From the IMG/VR virus record IMGVR_UViG_3300030497_000008, positions 32,001 to 96,000 of that record: 64,000 nt of DNA; one strand, 5' to 3'. The stretch's first letter is position 1. Each line of letters starts with the position of its first letter. Both the position numbers and the translations under genes were made by a program. Source of the DNA: a virus. Below the pieces are notes generated by a model that saw nothing but the letters and a program-made list of their open reading frames with translations, searched no databases and was not told where the DNA came from. Below are positions 34,662 to 46,800 of the stretch, piece after piece.

Positions 34662-37600
34662 TTGGCTAATAGAGAATCGTTTATTTTTGATGTAAACGCC
34701 GATATATCGCAAGCCATGTCTGGTTTAGAAAAAGTTAAACGAGCTATGGACGATATTGATTCACTTCGTAAAAAAGGTGAAGGAAAAGGTCGTACCACTT
34801 CTAACAAAGACATGTTAGATGCAATGCGTATAGCAAAACAAGCAGCTCAAGAATATAGAAATCTTCAAAAGCAGCTAAAAGATTTAGATAGACAAATCAA
34901 GACATCCTCTAACAAGATGTTAAACAAAGACCAGTCTGCTGAGTTAAAGAAACGCACAGGTCTTAACATGAACACCAAGAAGGAATATCAAAACTTCATC
35001 AAGAACCAACAACGTGAAATGAAGCGTATGCAAGACAGTATCAGACGAGCTCAAAACGACATGGCGCGCTTTGGTCAAACATACTCTAAGAACTTCCAAA
35101 CGAACTACCAGCAAAAAGGTATCATGCACGTTGATACGAAGAATTTAGGTGAAGCGAAGAAAGTTGTTCAAGGTGTCTTAGATGAGACACGAAAAACATC
35201 TGGGGAATTAGACGATGTTATTAAAAAGATTAAAGAAGCGAAGAAGCTGGATAGACGTGCAGAGAGTTTATCTCGTAGAGCAAGTGCGTCTAACTATATG
35301 TCACATCAACAAGCATCTAACTTCACGAAAGACTTGAACACTTCACGTGTAGACTATCGTAACTATAAAGATGCTAACGTTACTAGGTTAACACAAATCT
35401 CAACAGATATCACGAAGTTTGCTCAACAAATTTCTGACATCGAGAGGAAACCTAATGCTACTCAAGATGATATCACTAAGCGTAGTAAATTGCAAGAGAA
35501 TATTGCAGCATTAGATAGAGAGTGGTCTGCTCGTTCTGAATTGAACAAAATTCTGGAAGAGACTACAGCTAACATGGAACGATACAATCAATCCTTACAA
35601 GGTGTAGAAAAGAAACCAGAACGTGGTACTTGGAGAGGTATGGCTTATGAACGTGCTCCAGCTATCGCACTAGCAGTAATGGGAGCAGTAACAGCCGCCG
35701 TAGGTAAGCTTTATAACCAAGGTGGTTCGTTAAGTAGAGAGATGCGCGGTAACGAAGTTTACATCGGACAACAAACTGGTGAAGCTGGTGGCTCTTGGAG
35801 AAGTAACGTCCGTAACAACGCTATGGAAGCAGGTCTTAAAAATAGACTAGGATTCACAGGCGTAGAGATGTTAGGATTCCAAGAAAGCTATTTAACAGCT
35901 AAAGGTTTCACAAACCGCAAAGACTTGACATCAGCGATGGAAGGACAAGCTACATTTAGTCGAGCAACAGGTATCGATGCATCAGAAACGAAAGACTTCT
36001 TCAACACCGCTTACCGTAGTGGTGGTTTATCTGGTCTTCAAACTAAATCATTCCAGAATGCGTTCTTAGGAGCGATAAAACAATCTGGTATGGAAGGTCG
36101 AGAAAAAGACCAGCTTAAAGCCTTAGACGGTATCTTGAATGGTATGTCACAGAACCGTTCTATCTCTTCTCAGGACATGATGAGAACAGTAGGACTACAA
36201 TCTGTTTTAGCAGGTTCTGGTGTAGGCGCACTCCAAGGTAGTAAGGGTGGAGCGTTAATGGCGAGTATGGATGAAGGTATCCGTAAAGGATTCGATGACC
36301 CATCTCTACGTGTACTATTCGGTCAAGGTACGAAGTTCCAAGGTATGGAAGGACGTCGTGCTCTGCGTAAGCAAATGGAGCAAGGAGTATCAAACGTTGA
36401 CAATGTTAACACCATGATTGATGCAGCTATGGCGCAAGGTGGAGGTAGTCGAGACGCACAAATTGAAGCTTTAACATCATTAGCTCACCGCATGGGTATC
36501 GATATGAGTGACCAGCAATCAGAAGGGTTATTCAAGCTTAAGGAACAAGGTAAGCTTACAAAAGGCAATATCGATAAAATCATGAAGGATAGCGCTAAGG
36601 AAGGTGCTAAAGAATCTAAGAAACGTCAAGAAAACTACGAGAAGTCAAGCGCAGCTACAGACAGTCAGAGTGAGTCAGTAACCGCTAAACAAGCTGTAGG
36701 TATCAACGATATGGGTGAAGCCGTTCGTAAAGCCAACGCAGCTCTAGGTGGATTACCAGCTCCGTTATATGCAGCAGTCGTAGCCGTAGGAGCATTCACA
36801 GCTTCTATGTTAGCCGCAGCAGTAGCCTTTAGAGGCGCTGGGATGATTCGTGGTGGTCTAGCCCAAACTTACGGTAACGGAGGCGGAGGCGCTGGTGGCG
36901 GTGTAGGTGGTGCTGGTCGTGGCGCTGGTACAGCCGCAGGTGCAGGAGCTGCCGCATCACAAGGTACATTTGCAGAAGGTGTAGTACCATCTACAGGCGG
37001 TGTATCTAACGGTGCAACCAGACAGTATCAAGGTGCTAACAACGGCGGTATCTTTAGCGGTATCAAGAACTTCTTCGACCCTAGCGCTAGAGCTGGTGGA
37101 TTACCTAACTTAGGTACTGGAGAAGCACTTGCAGCAGGAGCAACAGTGGCAGGTGGAGCGGCAGCAGCTAATAGTTTCCCTAACCTATTTAAAGGTGGGT
37201 TAAAAGATAGCGTAGCTCTTAAAGGTCTTAATAAGATTATGCTACCTCTTGCAGCACTATCCGCTTACAGTACAATTACTTCTGCACCAGATGAGAAGAA
37301 GGGAGAAGCAACAGGAAGCGCAGTAGGTGGTATCGGTGGTAGTATCCTTGGTGGAGCGGCAGCAGGTGCAGCAGCAGGTTCAATAATTCCGGGGGCTGGT
37401 ACACTAGTCGGAGGCGCTATTGGTATAGCTGGTGGGCTTCTAGGAGGTCTATTAGGTAGTTCTGTCGGCGGAGGTATCGGTAGTTGGTTCGATTCTGATG
37501 AACCTAAAGATACAGCTCCAGCAGAGATGACTAGCGAGCCTACAGTAGCACCTACGAACACATCTAACGTCACAGGAGCTCCATCCGTTTCAACCATGCC

Positions 37601-38543
37601 TAACGCTAATGGTGCAGTTGACGTAACTACAATGCCTAATATGGGAGGCACAGCCAACCAGATTACAAACATGGTAGATAAAGAAAACACGAACACGAAA
37701 AAGCAAACGGAAGGTAAGAAAACGGACAACCTTGCTTACGAACGCGAGAACTTATCCCTATATGAACGTATGTTGTTAAAGGCAGAGCAGATACTTGCTC
37801 AAGCTAGAGCGCAGAACGGTATCATGGGTATGGGTGGCGCTGGAGGTGCTAGTGGAGCTAACGGTATTAACGGCTTCACTGGTGGAGGTTCATTGAAGTT
37901 CTTACCAGATGGTCAGAAATGGTCAAATAGTAACTTGACACAACATGACTTAGGCACAACAGACCAGAAGCTAACAGCCGAAGACTTAGACAGTTGGATT
38001 AACTCTAAAGCGCCAGAAGGCTCAATGATGCGCGGTATGGGTGCGGTATTCTTAAAAGCTGGACAAGAAACTGGACTTGACCCACGTTACTTAATCGCAC
38101 ATGCGGCTGAGGAGTCTGCTTGGGGTACATCTAAAATCGCTAGAGACAAGGGTAACTTCTTCGGAATCGGTGCATTCGATGACAGCCCATATGCAAGTGC
38201 CTTCGAATTCAAAGACGGTTCGGGTTCTGCCGCCGAGAGAGGTATCATGGGTGGTGCGAAATGGATTGCCGATAAGTACTACGGAAAAGGTCGAACAACT
38301 CTTGACGCGATGCATAAAGCTGGGTACGCAACAAACTCTGATTGGGCTACAAACATTGCAAGCATCATGAAGGGCGCACCGTCAGGTTCGGGCTCTGGTA
38401 ATGTAACTGCCACAATCAACGTCAACGTTAAAGGAGATGAAAAAGTATCTGACAAAATAAAGAGCTCTAGTGACATGAAGAAAGTCGGTACAAACGTCGG
38501 AAACATGTTAGGGTTCTTCTCTAGAGAGATGGTAGTGGTGTAA
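34662..38543 (+). CDS. tape measure protein with C-terminal glucosaminidase domain
   Basis: Coiled coil, Gly/Ala-rich middle, then GLDPRYLIAHAAEESAWGTS..NFFGIGAFD..YATNSDW; TTG start. Confidence 0.9.
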   Translation: MANRESFIFDVNADISQAMSGLEKVKRAMDDIDSLRKKGEGKGRTTSNKDMLDAMRIAKQAAQEYRNLQKQLKDLDRQIKTSSNKMLNKDQSAELKKRTGLNMNTKKEYQNFIKNQQREMKRMQDSIRRAQNDMARFGQTYSKNFQTNYQQKGIMHVDTKNLGEAKKVVQGVLDETRKTSGELDDVIKKIKEAKKLDRRAESLSRRASASNYMSHQQASNFTKDLNTSRVDYRNYKDANVTRLTQISTDITKFAQQISDIERKPNATQDDITKRSKLQENIAALDREWSARSELNKILEETTANMERYNQSLQGVEKKPERGTWRGMAYERAPAIALAVMGAVTAAVGKLYNQGGSLSREMRGNEVYIGQQTGEAGGSWRSNVRNNAMEAGLKNRLGFTGVEMLGFQESYLTAKGFTNRKDLTSAMEGQATFSRATGIDASETKDFFNTAYRSGGLSGLQTKSFQNAFLGAIKQSGMEGREKDQLKALDGILNGMSQNRSISSQDMMRTVGLQSVLAGSGVGALQGSKGGALMASMDEGIRKGFDDPSLRVLFGQGTKFQGMEGRRALRKQMEQGVSNVDNVNTMIDAAMAQGGGSRDAQIEALTSLAHRMGIDMSDQQSEGLFKLKEQGKLTKGNIDKIMKDSAKEGAKESKKRQENYEKSSAATDSQSESVTAKQAVGINDMGEAVRKANAALGGLPAPLYAAVVAVGAFTASMLAAAVAFRGAGMIRGGLAQTYGNGGGGAGGGVGGAGRGAGTAAGAGAAASQGTFAEGVVPSTGGVSNGATRQYQGANNGGIFSGIKNFFDPSARAGGLPNLGTGEALAAGATVAGGAAAANSFPNLFKGGLKDSVALKGLNKIMLPLAALSAYSTITSAPDEKKGEATGSAVGGIGGSILGGAAAGAAAGSIIPGAGTLVGGAIGIAGGLLGGLLGSSVGGGIGSWFDSDEPKDTAPAEMTSEPTVAPTNTSNVTGAPSVSTMPNANGAVDVTTMPNMGGTANQITNMVDKENTNTKKQTEGKKTDNLAYERENLSLYERMLLKAEQILAQARAQNGIMGMGGAGGASGANGINGFTGGGSLKFLPDGQKWSNSNLTQHDLGTTDQKLTAEDLDSWINSKAPEGSMMRGMGAVFLKAGQETGLDPRYLIAHAAEESAWGTSKIARDKGNFFGIGAFDDSPYASAFEFKDGSGSAAERGIMGGAKWIADKYYGKGRTTLDAMHKAGYATNSDWATNIASIMKGAPSGSGSGNVTATINVNVKGDEKVSDKIKSSSDMKKVGTNVGNMLGFFSREMVVV

Positions 38544-38583
38544 TTCCATCCATCTCTTTTTTAAATTAAAAAGGAGGTAAAGC

Positions 38584-40824
38584 ATGGTACAAATACAGAA
38601 ACGGTATCCAACAATTGAGGTAAATCTAATTACAGAAAATACCTCATACGAAATTACATACGATACAAAGAAACAGTTATCTTCGGACAGCTTCGAAAAT
38701 GCAATCATTAGTTTAAGTACCAAGAATAGTATGGGTGATGATAGTCCCGCATTCTCTATGATTGTTACAGCCGTAGATAAATGGGATAAGATAATCGGAG
38801 CAAACGACCTTATCCGTATCAAAGCTATACCAGACGTTACAGACAAAGTACCTGATAATCCTTGGATAATGGTTGGTATGATATCAGATATCAAAAAAGA
38901 AGGGGAGTACTCAAACGGTACACTTGTATATCGTATTACTGGACAAGCAATGACAAAAGCATTAATCAATTTCCAAGTAGGTGTAATTCAACAGTTCGCT
39001 GCATTAGCCCCAGACCTTGGTTGGTTACCAGATGGTACAGAGCAAGGATTACATTTCTCTGGTAAATCTGCTGCTAGTATCGCTAACGAACTAATGGATA
39101 GATTCTTGTATAAATATGCCCAGTATGCATTCAACGACGGTAAAGGATTACAAGACTATTTCACACATGAATTCAAGAGCTGGGAAGACGCAGAGTCCTT
39201 ACAAGACCCATCACCATTCGTCAACTATCAAGGTAGTTTAAGACAGTTCTTAGAGGACATCGCAGCGAAACCATTTAATGAATTATACTTTGATTTCACT
39301 AAAGATGGTAGATGTATCGCATTGATGAGACCAACTCCATTCGACCCTGATAACTGGAATCAACTCCCATCGTATTCTATCACAAGTGATATCGTATTAC
39401 AGGAGTCAGTCGGTAAAAATGATGTGGAAGCATTCTCAGTGTACGTAGTAGAAGCTCCTAACATCGTAGAGTACACAAGCTTAGACTTAGGTGTATATCC
39501 TCGATTCCATCCAGAGCTTATCAAGAAATATGGATATAAGAGATTAGATGCTCAGAATAGATATTTAATGACCGCAGATAAAGCAAGACAAAACAATGGT
39601 CAAGCAGCAAACGGTACACCTGCTACAGGCGGGAGCACAGGCGGTATGCCAACACCTACCCCTATGACAATTACTCCAGCCACAACACCAGCTACAACAC
39701 CATCCGCACAACCATCGTTTTCTCAGGTCGATGATTTCTTGTCAAGTAATAACTTTAAAGACCCAGAGATAATACGTAAGAACAAATCTCAGTTGAGTGC
39801 GGCGATAAAGTCGGCATTCCCGACGATGACACAATCCATGACAAACAGCATTGTAGATGCTCTTCAAAGTAACACATGGAATTCTGATAGCTATACTCAG
39901 ATTGTTAAGGCTGCTACAGGTGACGTAAACGGTGCTACAACGAATGAGAAAAGTGCGGACAATGTAAAGTTAAAAGACTTCACAGATAGACTATTTAACT
40001 GGTACTGCGAGAACCCTAACTTCTACAGTGGCGATATCCGTGTTCTTGGTAACCCAATGTTCCGTGTAGGTACTAGATTACTATACGAAGATTTCGAACA
40101 AGAAACAACATGGGAATTCTACGTAGAATCCATTCAACACGAGTTCTCCTTTACAAGTGGTTATTCCACTATATTAGGAGTAACAAGAGGTTTACAGGAC
40201 TCTGGACAGAAACGTTTCAGTAACTTATGGGGTAAATCAGAAGACTTCAAAGGCGGATACTTAGGTGAAGATACTGTAGCAACTCTACTAGAGAAAGCAA
40301 AGAAAGCTAGAGAAGCTATGGGACAAGGAACTGGAAATACTGGAAGCGGCGGTATGGGTGGAGGCGCTGGTGGCGCTGTGGCAATGCAAGCCCTATCTAC
40401 TGCACGAGAGATGACATCTAAACCTTCCGTATACGTATTCGGTGGCGGACGTTCTGGTAACAATCCGTTCTTAGGTTCTCCGATTAAGATTGACTGTTCT
40501 TCATTCGTATGGTGGTGCTATAACCTACACGGAGTACAGCTTAACGGTGGGGCTACGGGAATGACAACAGATACCATCGCTAAGGATTCAAGGTTGCAAG
40601 TAGTTAGTCCGCGAGGAGGAGATAAGAAGGCGGCGATGTCTCAGTTAATGGAGGGAGACATAATCTATTTCGATACCTACAAATCGGATGGTCATATCGT
40701 TATCTATTCGGGTAATGGTAAGTTCATAGGCTCGCAGAGTAGTAACGGCATCAAGGAGGAAGACCTAAACAGCTCATATTGGCAAAAGGTGTTCAACGGA
40801 CACGTAAGACGGTTTGTAGGATAA
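38584..40824 (+). CDS. baseplate hub/tail lysin with C-terminal NlpC/P60 domain
   Basis: YVFGG..IDCSSFVWWCY..GDIIYF..GHIVIYSGNGKFI. Confidence 0.88.
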   Translation: MVQIQKRYPTIEVNLITENTSYEITYDTKKQLSSDSFENAIISLSTKNSMGDDSPAFSMIVTAVDKWDKIIGANDLIRIKAIPDVTDKVPDNPWIMVGMISDIKKEGEYSNGTLVYRITGQAMTKALINFQVGVIQQFAALAPDLGWLPDGTEQGLHFSGKSAASIANELMDRFLYKYAQYAFNDGKGLQDYFTHEFKSWEDAESLQDPSPFVNYQGSLRQFLEDIAAKPFNELYFDFTKDGRCIALMRPTPFDPDNWNQLPSYSITSDIVLQESVGKNDVEAFSVYVVEAPNIVEYTSLDLGVYPRFHPELIKKYGYKRLDAQNRYLMTADKARQNNGQAANGTPATGGSTGGMPTPTPMTITPATTPATTPSAQPSFSQVDDFLSSNNFKDPEIIRKNKSQLSAAIKSAFPTMTQSMTNSIVDALQSNTWNSDSYTQIVKAATGDVNGATTNEKSADNVKLKDFTDRLFNWYCENPNFYSGDIRVLGNPMFRVGTRLLYEDFEQETTWEFYVESIQHEFSFTSGYSTILGVTRGLQDSGQKRFSNLWGKSEDFKGGYLGEDTVATLLEKAKKAREAMGQGTGNTGSGGMGGGAGGAVAMQALSTAREMTSKPSVYVFGGGRSGNNPFLGSPIKIDCSSFVWWCYNLHGVQLNGGATGMTTDTIAKDSRLQVVSPRGGDKKAAMSQLMEGDIIYFDTYKSDGHIVIYSGNGKFIGSQSSNGIKEEDLNSSYWQKVFNGHVRRFVG

Positions 40825-40859
40825 CAATGCTATAATTAAGAAAAAGGAGGAATAACTAC

Positions 40860-43800
40860 ATGAGCGAATTCGAAACACCATTAAGCCCATTACGTATACA
40901 AGCGCAATTGGGTAAAGATGTAAAAAGACTTTACAAAGAGGGTAGCAATATTGTTACTCTTTCTTTTGCTAAGGTCGTTAAAGTTAACTACAAATATAAT
41001 ACGGTTGATGTAATCACAACTCGCCACAAAAACTCAACAACTAAAAATCCTAATGACAATGGTAAGTTCTCTGCTAAACTACCTATAGCTTTCGGTGGAC
41101 GTACAGCAAATGGTAATGTCTACGGAACTAACACGCTAGTTACAGTTGGTTCTACAGTCCTTATAGGATTCTTAGAAGGTCAAGTAGACAACCCTATCGT
41201 AATCAACATCTACGGAGAGAACGATAACCAGTCAATGCTAACTCGTACAACAATGACAAGCGGAGACGATTCCGAAGAGATTGTACAACGTGAACTATGG
41301 CAGCTATTTAATCTATATCCTTCTATGACATATGAAAATATAGATGGACGTGGTAACCGTGAAGTCACTTTCTCAGGTAAAACATTCTTGTATATTACCG
41401 ATACAGACCAAGAGAACGCATATGTACAAGATGGTGCATTTGACTACATGGATTTACCGAGCTCAAGATACGCTAATGGTGAGCTAATTGAGCCAGAGTC
41501 TCCTAAAGCACCGACACTTCTATATGTACACCAAGGAATCTACGATGACCATAGATTCACTGTGTTCATCAAATCAGACGGTACATTCCGTGTAGGTAGT
41601 CGTCATACAAAAGGTGACCGTCATGGTATTACATATCAGCAAATGAATCCAGATGGTAGTTTCTCTATTGTGAAGAAGAACGATACGACTGACCCAGAAG
41701 AAGAGTCTTACGACCAGTCTTCTATGGAAATCCTTCCAAACGGTAACGTCCTATTACAGAATCCAAAACATAAGTTCGAGATTACCGAAGAAGGTGTCCT
41801 TGTCGATGGTAAAGAGATTGGCGCTGGAGGCGGTAACGGAGGCGGAGACTACGATGACGCTATTAAAGAAATAAATGACACGTTGAGTAAAATTTCTATC
41901 ACAGTTAAAGCCGTGGAAGGTGGTTTGGAGACAAAAGTTGAGAAGGACACATACGAGATTGACCTTGACGAAGTAAAAGGCGCACAAGAGAGATTACTAG
42001 CGGAAATCAAGACTCACATCGCTGACCTTAAAAACGCATTAGAAGATTTACGTACATTCATTGGCTCTGGATTCCCAGATGGTCAAGTAACAGATGCACG
42101 TAAAGTAGAACTAAATAAAAAGCTCCAAAACATTGATGTACTTAAATCTGTAGTTGATGGTAAGTACGATGAGGTTATGGCTGACCCGTTCATCGGTGAC
42201 ACATCTAAAGTTCCTTTACAGAACGCTAAGAACAAAATAGATGGATATCACCAAGCTCTACATAACGTTATCGATGCATCTATTACAGACGGAGTGTTAA
42301 CAGCTCAAGAGAAGTCCGATATCAACAAAGCTATTACAAACTACGTGACTTCTCTAGCGGATATCGAAATTGTGTTCGCTTCATCTATCCAAGAGTCTAT
42401 TAAAGCACGATTAAAAGAAGCGGTAGACAATCCAGTTAATTACACAAGTAAAGAGATGCTTCGACAAAGTTCTGTGCTGACACAACTGTTTAATTCTTTA
42501 ACTCTTAAAGTTAGTTCTGAACAGCTAACATCTCAGGTACAAAACCTAGAATCAAAAATGGCTACAAAGGAAGAACAAAAAGAGATTAAGAATGAGCTAG
42601 AGAAAGTAAACGAGAAGGTTGATGGTACGCTATCAAATCTTCCATACCGTGTAGAAGTATCATCTACGAATGGTACAATCTTCGTAAACGATTATATCGA
42701 TACAAGAATCTACGCTAAGATTTATAAAGGTGCGGAAGACGTCACAGCTCAAGCAGCATTGAAGGATATTATCTGGACTCGTGTATCGGATGATACTGCT
42801 GCGGATGCTGCGTGGAATAGTAGCCATGTAAATATTGGTGATTCGTTCCAAGCATCTGTAAACGATGTGAAAGATAGAGCTACGTTCTTCTGTGCATATA
42901 AAACTCCAGCAGTTGCTACAGGAAGCATCACAGTAGCTAACTTACGAGACATCACTGTATCAGACAAAGAGCCAGCAAACCCTAGAAACGGTACGATGTG
43001 GTTCGACACAAAAGAAGGTAAACTTAAAATCTTCTTAAATAACAAGTGGGAAGTGTCTTCTAAAGACCTAGACTTCAACATCCGTAACTTGTTCTTAAAC
43101 TCTCGTGACTGTACAGGTGGAGGTTGGTCGTTCGATAGAGCAGCCCGAACAAATAACCAGTACCAAGGTACATACATCATCGAGACGGGTAATAACTGGG
43201 GGAGTGTCGATTACGCTTGCCAAAACCTATTCACACGTGGAGTAGTTAAAAAAGGAGATAAAGTTACATATTGTGTACTTGCTAGACTAACAGGCGCTAC
43301 AGGAGTATCAAAAGATTTACGATTCTACTGTGAAAATGCAGCAGTAAACGGAAGTATCATAGGTCAAGTTACAACGGAGTGGAAGCAGTTCTATGTAACA
43401 ATAGATATTGTAGATGCCATGAATACTGCTGGTAGTAAAATGCGTGTCGAGGTTGCAGACTTAGAAGCAGCTAGCCTTAAGTTACAGACTACGAGCCCTA
43501 TCCTAGTACAAGGTGAAGTAGCAGTAAACTGGATTCCTGCTCCAGAGGATACTCAACGTGACATCGACGACCTTAACACAAATGTAAACTCTTTAGGTGA
43601 CGATTCTAAATTAACTCGTTTCGAGAGAAGTTTAGTACGTACATCATTAGCAGATATCACAGGCGTTTACTACAACCCAACAGACACTCCAGCAACTATC
43701 GCACAGATTGATACAGCAGGATACGGTAAGGGTAAATTATACGCATTACGTCAACAAGCTCGAAACTTAGGGTTAGATACAACGAAGAGCCCTAACTATA

Positions 43801-46800
43801 AGAAGCTAGGAGACGCGTACACAGCTCTTGTAACATACTTGAGTGGTTTTACACCTAAAGCGTGGGATACGACGTCTGGAGCGATTGTAGCTATCCCAGA
43901 CAGGGCGGTATGGAATAAGATATGGAATGACTACAATAACTTCTACGCATTATTCGAAATCGAAGTGCAGGATAGACAAAAGGAGTTTACAGAGCAAGAG
44001 ACATTGAAGATGCAGAAGGAAACTATCGGAGCAATTAGTCAAGTAGGTAACTACGATACTGCAACTCTTATAAATCCTACTACAACTGTAACACCACCTA
44101 TCGCTACATTAGGTTTACCAGAGTTTAACGGTCGAACAGCAGATGCGCGTACAATCGGTGGCATCAATATCCTTAAGGGTACAAAGACTGCACAGACAGT
44201 AGTAGGAGAAAACAGACCAAACCAAACAAAGAACATCTACGATTTCGCTGATGGTAACTCTGCAAGCATGATAGGGAAGGTACATACGGTAATGTTCTCA
44301 TGGGAGATAACTCCTGATGCAAACGGAGAGATTGCAGGTACGATGTATATGCAAGGTAGTAACCCATACCCAGCCATCGCATCAACAACGACATTCTCTA
44401 CAAATAACACTAGAGGTGTCTACACAGATTTATGTACAGTCCCATCAGGTACAGCATCATTCATCTCAGTTAACATGCGCTGCGATAACATGAAGGGTAC
44501 ACTAACGATTAGCAACATGAAAATAGCTGATGGAGACATCAGACGTACAATTCAATACTCACCTTCTCCAAATGAAGGGTATTTCGACATTGGAAACCGT
44601 ATTAGACCTGTAACAAACCCTACATTCTACAACGGTACACAGCTTACTATTTTTGGTAAGTTTCATGGGATGTACGGATATGTCGATAGATTCTACTGGA
44701 ACGAGAACGGGGTAGCTACTAAAGAAAAGTACTGGGAAGACCTTCCATTAGATGATAAGCAAAATTGGAGTTTACTCGACAGCCGAGCAGGTACTAGTAC
44801 ACAGAATAAGGTCGTATACTCTAGCGGTAATGGGGTATATCCTAGATTATTTGACGACAACTCGTTACCATCTAACCAAACTAACAGGAATGGTGGTTCT
44901 ACCGCATCCCTCGTTAGTAACTATGTAAACCTTGTTTGCACAAATCCTAGCGATTCATTCTTCCAGATTGGAGGTTACGACCAAGGACTTCATAACTTTA
45001 CAAATGGCGAACAGCTAACTATATCCGTCGATGTCAACTGCGATGTAACTGACGCTTATGTTGCGTTCTGGTTTGATGATGGTAATGGGTGGTATGAGAG
45101 CCAGAGGTCTGTAGCAACAACAGCAGGTTCTTGGAACAGAATTGTAAACACAATGACTGTACCTGCAAAAGCGCAGAAATGTATGTGGCGAGTTTACTTC
45201 CCACGCGTAGAAGGCTCTAGAGGAAAAACACTTAGACTAAAAAACGTTATGGTAGTTGCGGGTACTAACTCATCATGGCATGAAGGTAATCTAAGTTTCT
45301 ATAGACGGTTCAAATCAACAGCAGTAATGCCTTATCAACCTAGTTCACAGAACCTAGCGCAGATGGCAGACTTGAACGGATTTTACATGGCATCTAGACA
45401 AGATACTAACGCACCTAACCAATTCACATTTGACGCTAATAAGAACGAGTTAATCGTTTCCGTCAACGACTTAGATACAGGTTTCGATAGAGCTTACGCA
45501 AGCCCTACAGCAGACGAGATTAAGTCTTATTTCTTGGGCTGGAAGTTATGTGATGGTACATCTGTGAATAGTCCATATAAAGGCTCTGGAGTCAAGGTGT
45601 GGTTTCCTATTGGTGACACAAACTTAGATAGAAAATATCAGTCAAACGATGGTAAACCTCCTAAGGATATCTCTCCATCATTCCAAGAGAGAGTCAAGTG
45701 TCAACCATATCAGTTCGTAGGACTACTAGACACTCCAGTTGCGCTTGAAGTAGAGTTTGAAGGTATCTTAGAATTACTACCAAAAGCCAATGCAGTAACC
45801 GTAGCCTACCCGAACTGGACACCAGAGATTTCGACAGGTAAGTACAAGTACGGTATAAACCTAGCAACAGTCAACCAAGATACACGATTCCTTGTACCTG
45901 CTATGCAAAAACGAATCTCTAATGCGGAGCAAAAGATTACAGATAAAGCTATTACAAGTACTGTAATCAATTCTATCGAATACCAGTTAGGTCTTAAAGA
46001 AAAAGCCAATGCATCGGATTTATCTGGACTAGCATCAAAAAATGAGCTTGACAAGTTATCTCATGACGTAGACGACAGAATCCAGAAAAACATAGACAAG
46101 CTAGATTTCACCCCATATGTAACAAAGTCTGATTTAGAGCAAACATCTCTAGCGTGGGCTGCACGATTCTTAGCTACTGGTGGTATGAACATTGTTAATA
46201 ACTCTATCGGTTTTGCTGGTATGGACTTCTGGTTTGTAGACATGCCAAACACGTATAACATCCCTACAGTGGTCGCAACAGCGTTATTAGACAGTTTAGG
46301 GTTCGGTAAAGGATTCCAGTTCAAAGCAGATAACACGAAACCGAAGTCTATGAGTCAGGACTTATCGACTATACCTAACCAACCTTACGCGATTAGTTGG
46401 TATTTAGATAAGTTCACGGGCGGAGCAAACCTAGTAGACCATCGATTCAATATCGAGATACTAGAGCAGAACGATGCAGGAACATGGGTTGTTGTTACGC
46501 AGTTAAATAATAACAACGCCAAAGTAACCGACGGTTTCGAAGCTTCTTACATGACATTCACTCCGACGAAGGGTAAGGTTAGACTTCGTATAACGGCTGG
46601 TAAGTCATGTGAGGCAATTATCTCTGGTATAATGGTTAATATAGGGGACGTACCGATTCCTTGGACTTTATCAACTGGAGAATTGTATAACACGAACATC
46701 CAATTAAACATCAACGGTATCCGTGTTTCTCAGTTAGACGCGAATAAAAACGAAATTGGTTACACGATGATTTCGCCGACAGAGTTCGCAGGTTACTACT

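Noticed and set aside
36870-37480. GC-rich repetitive tract as a foreign insertion
   Set aside because: Explained by Gly/Ala-rich tape-measure coding
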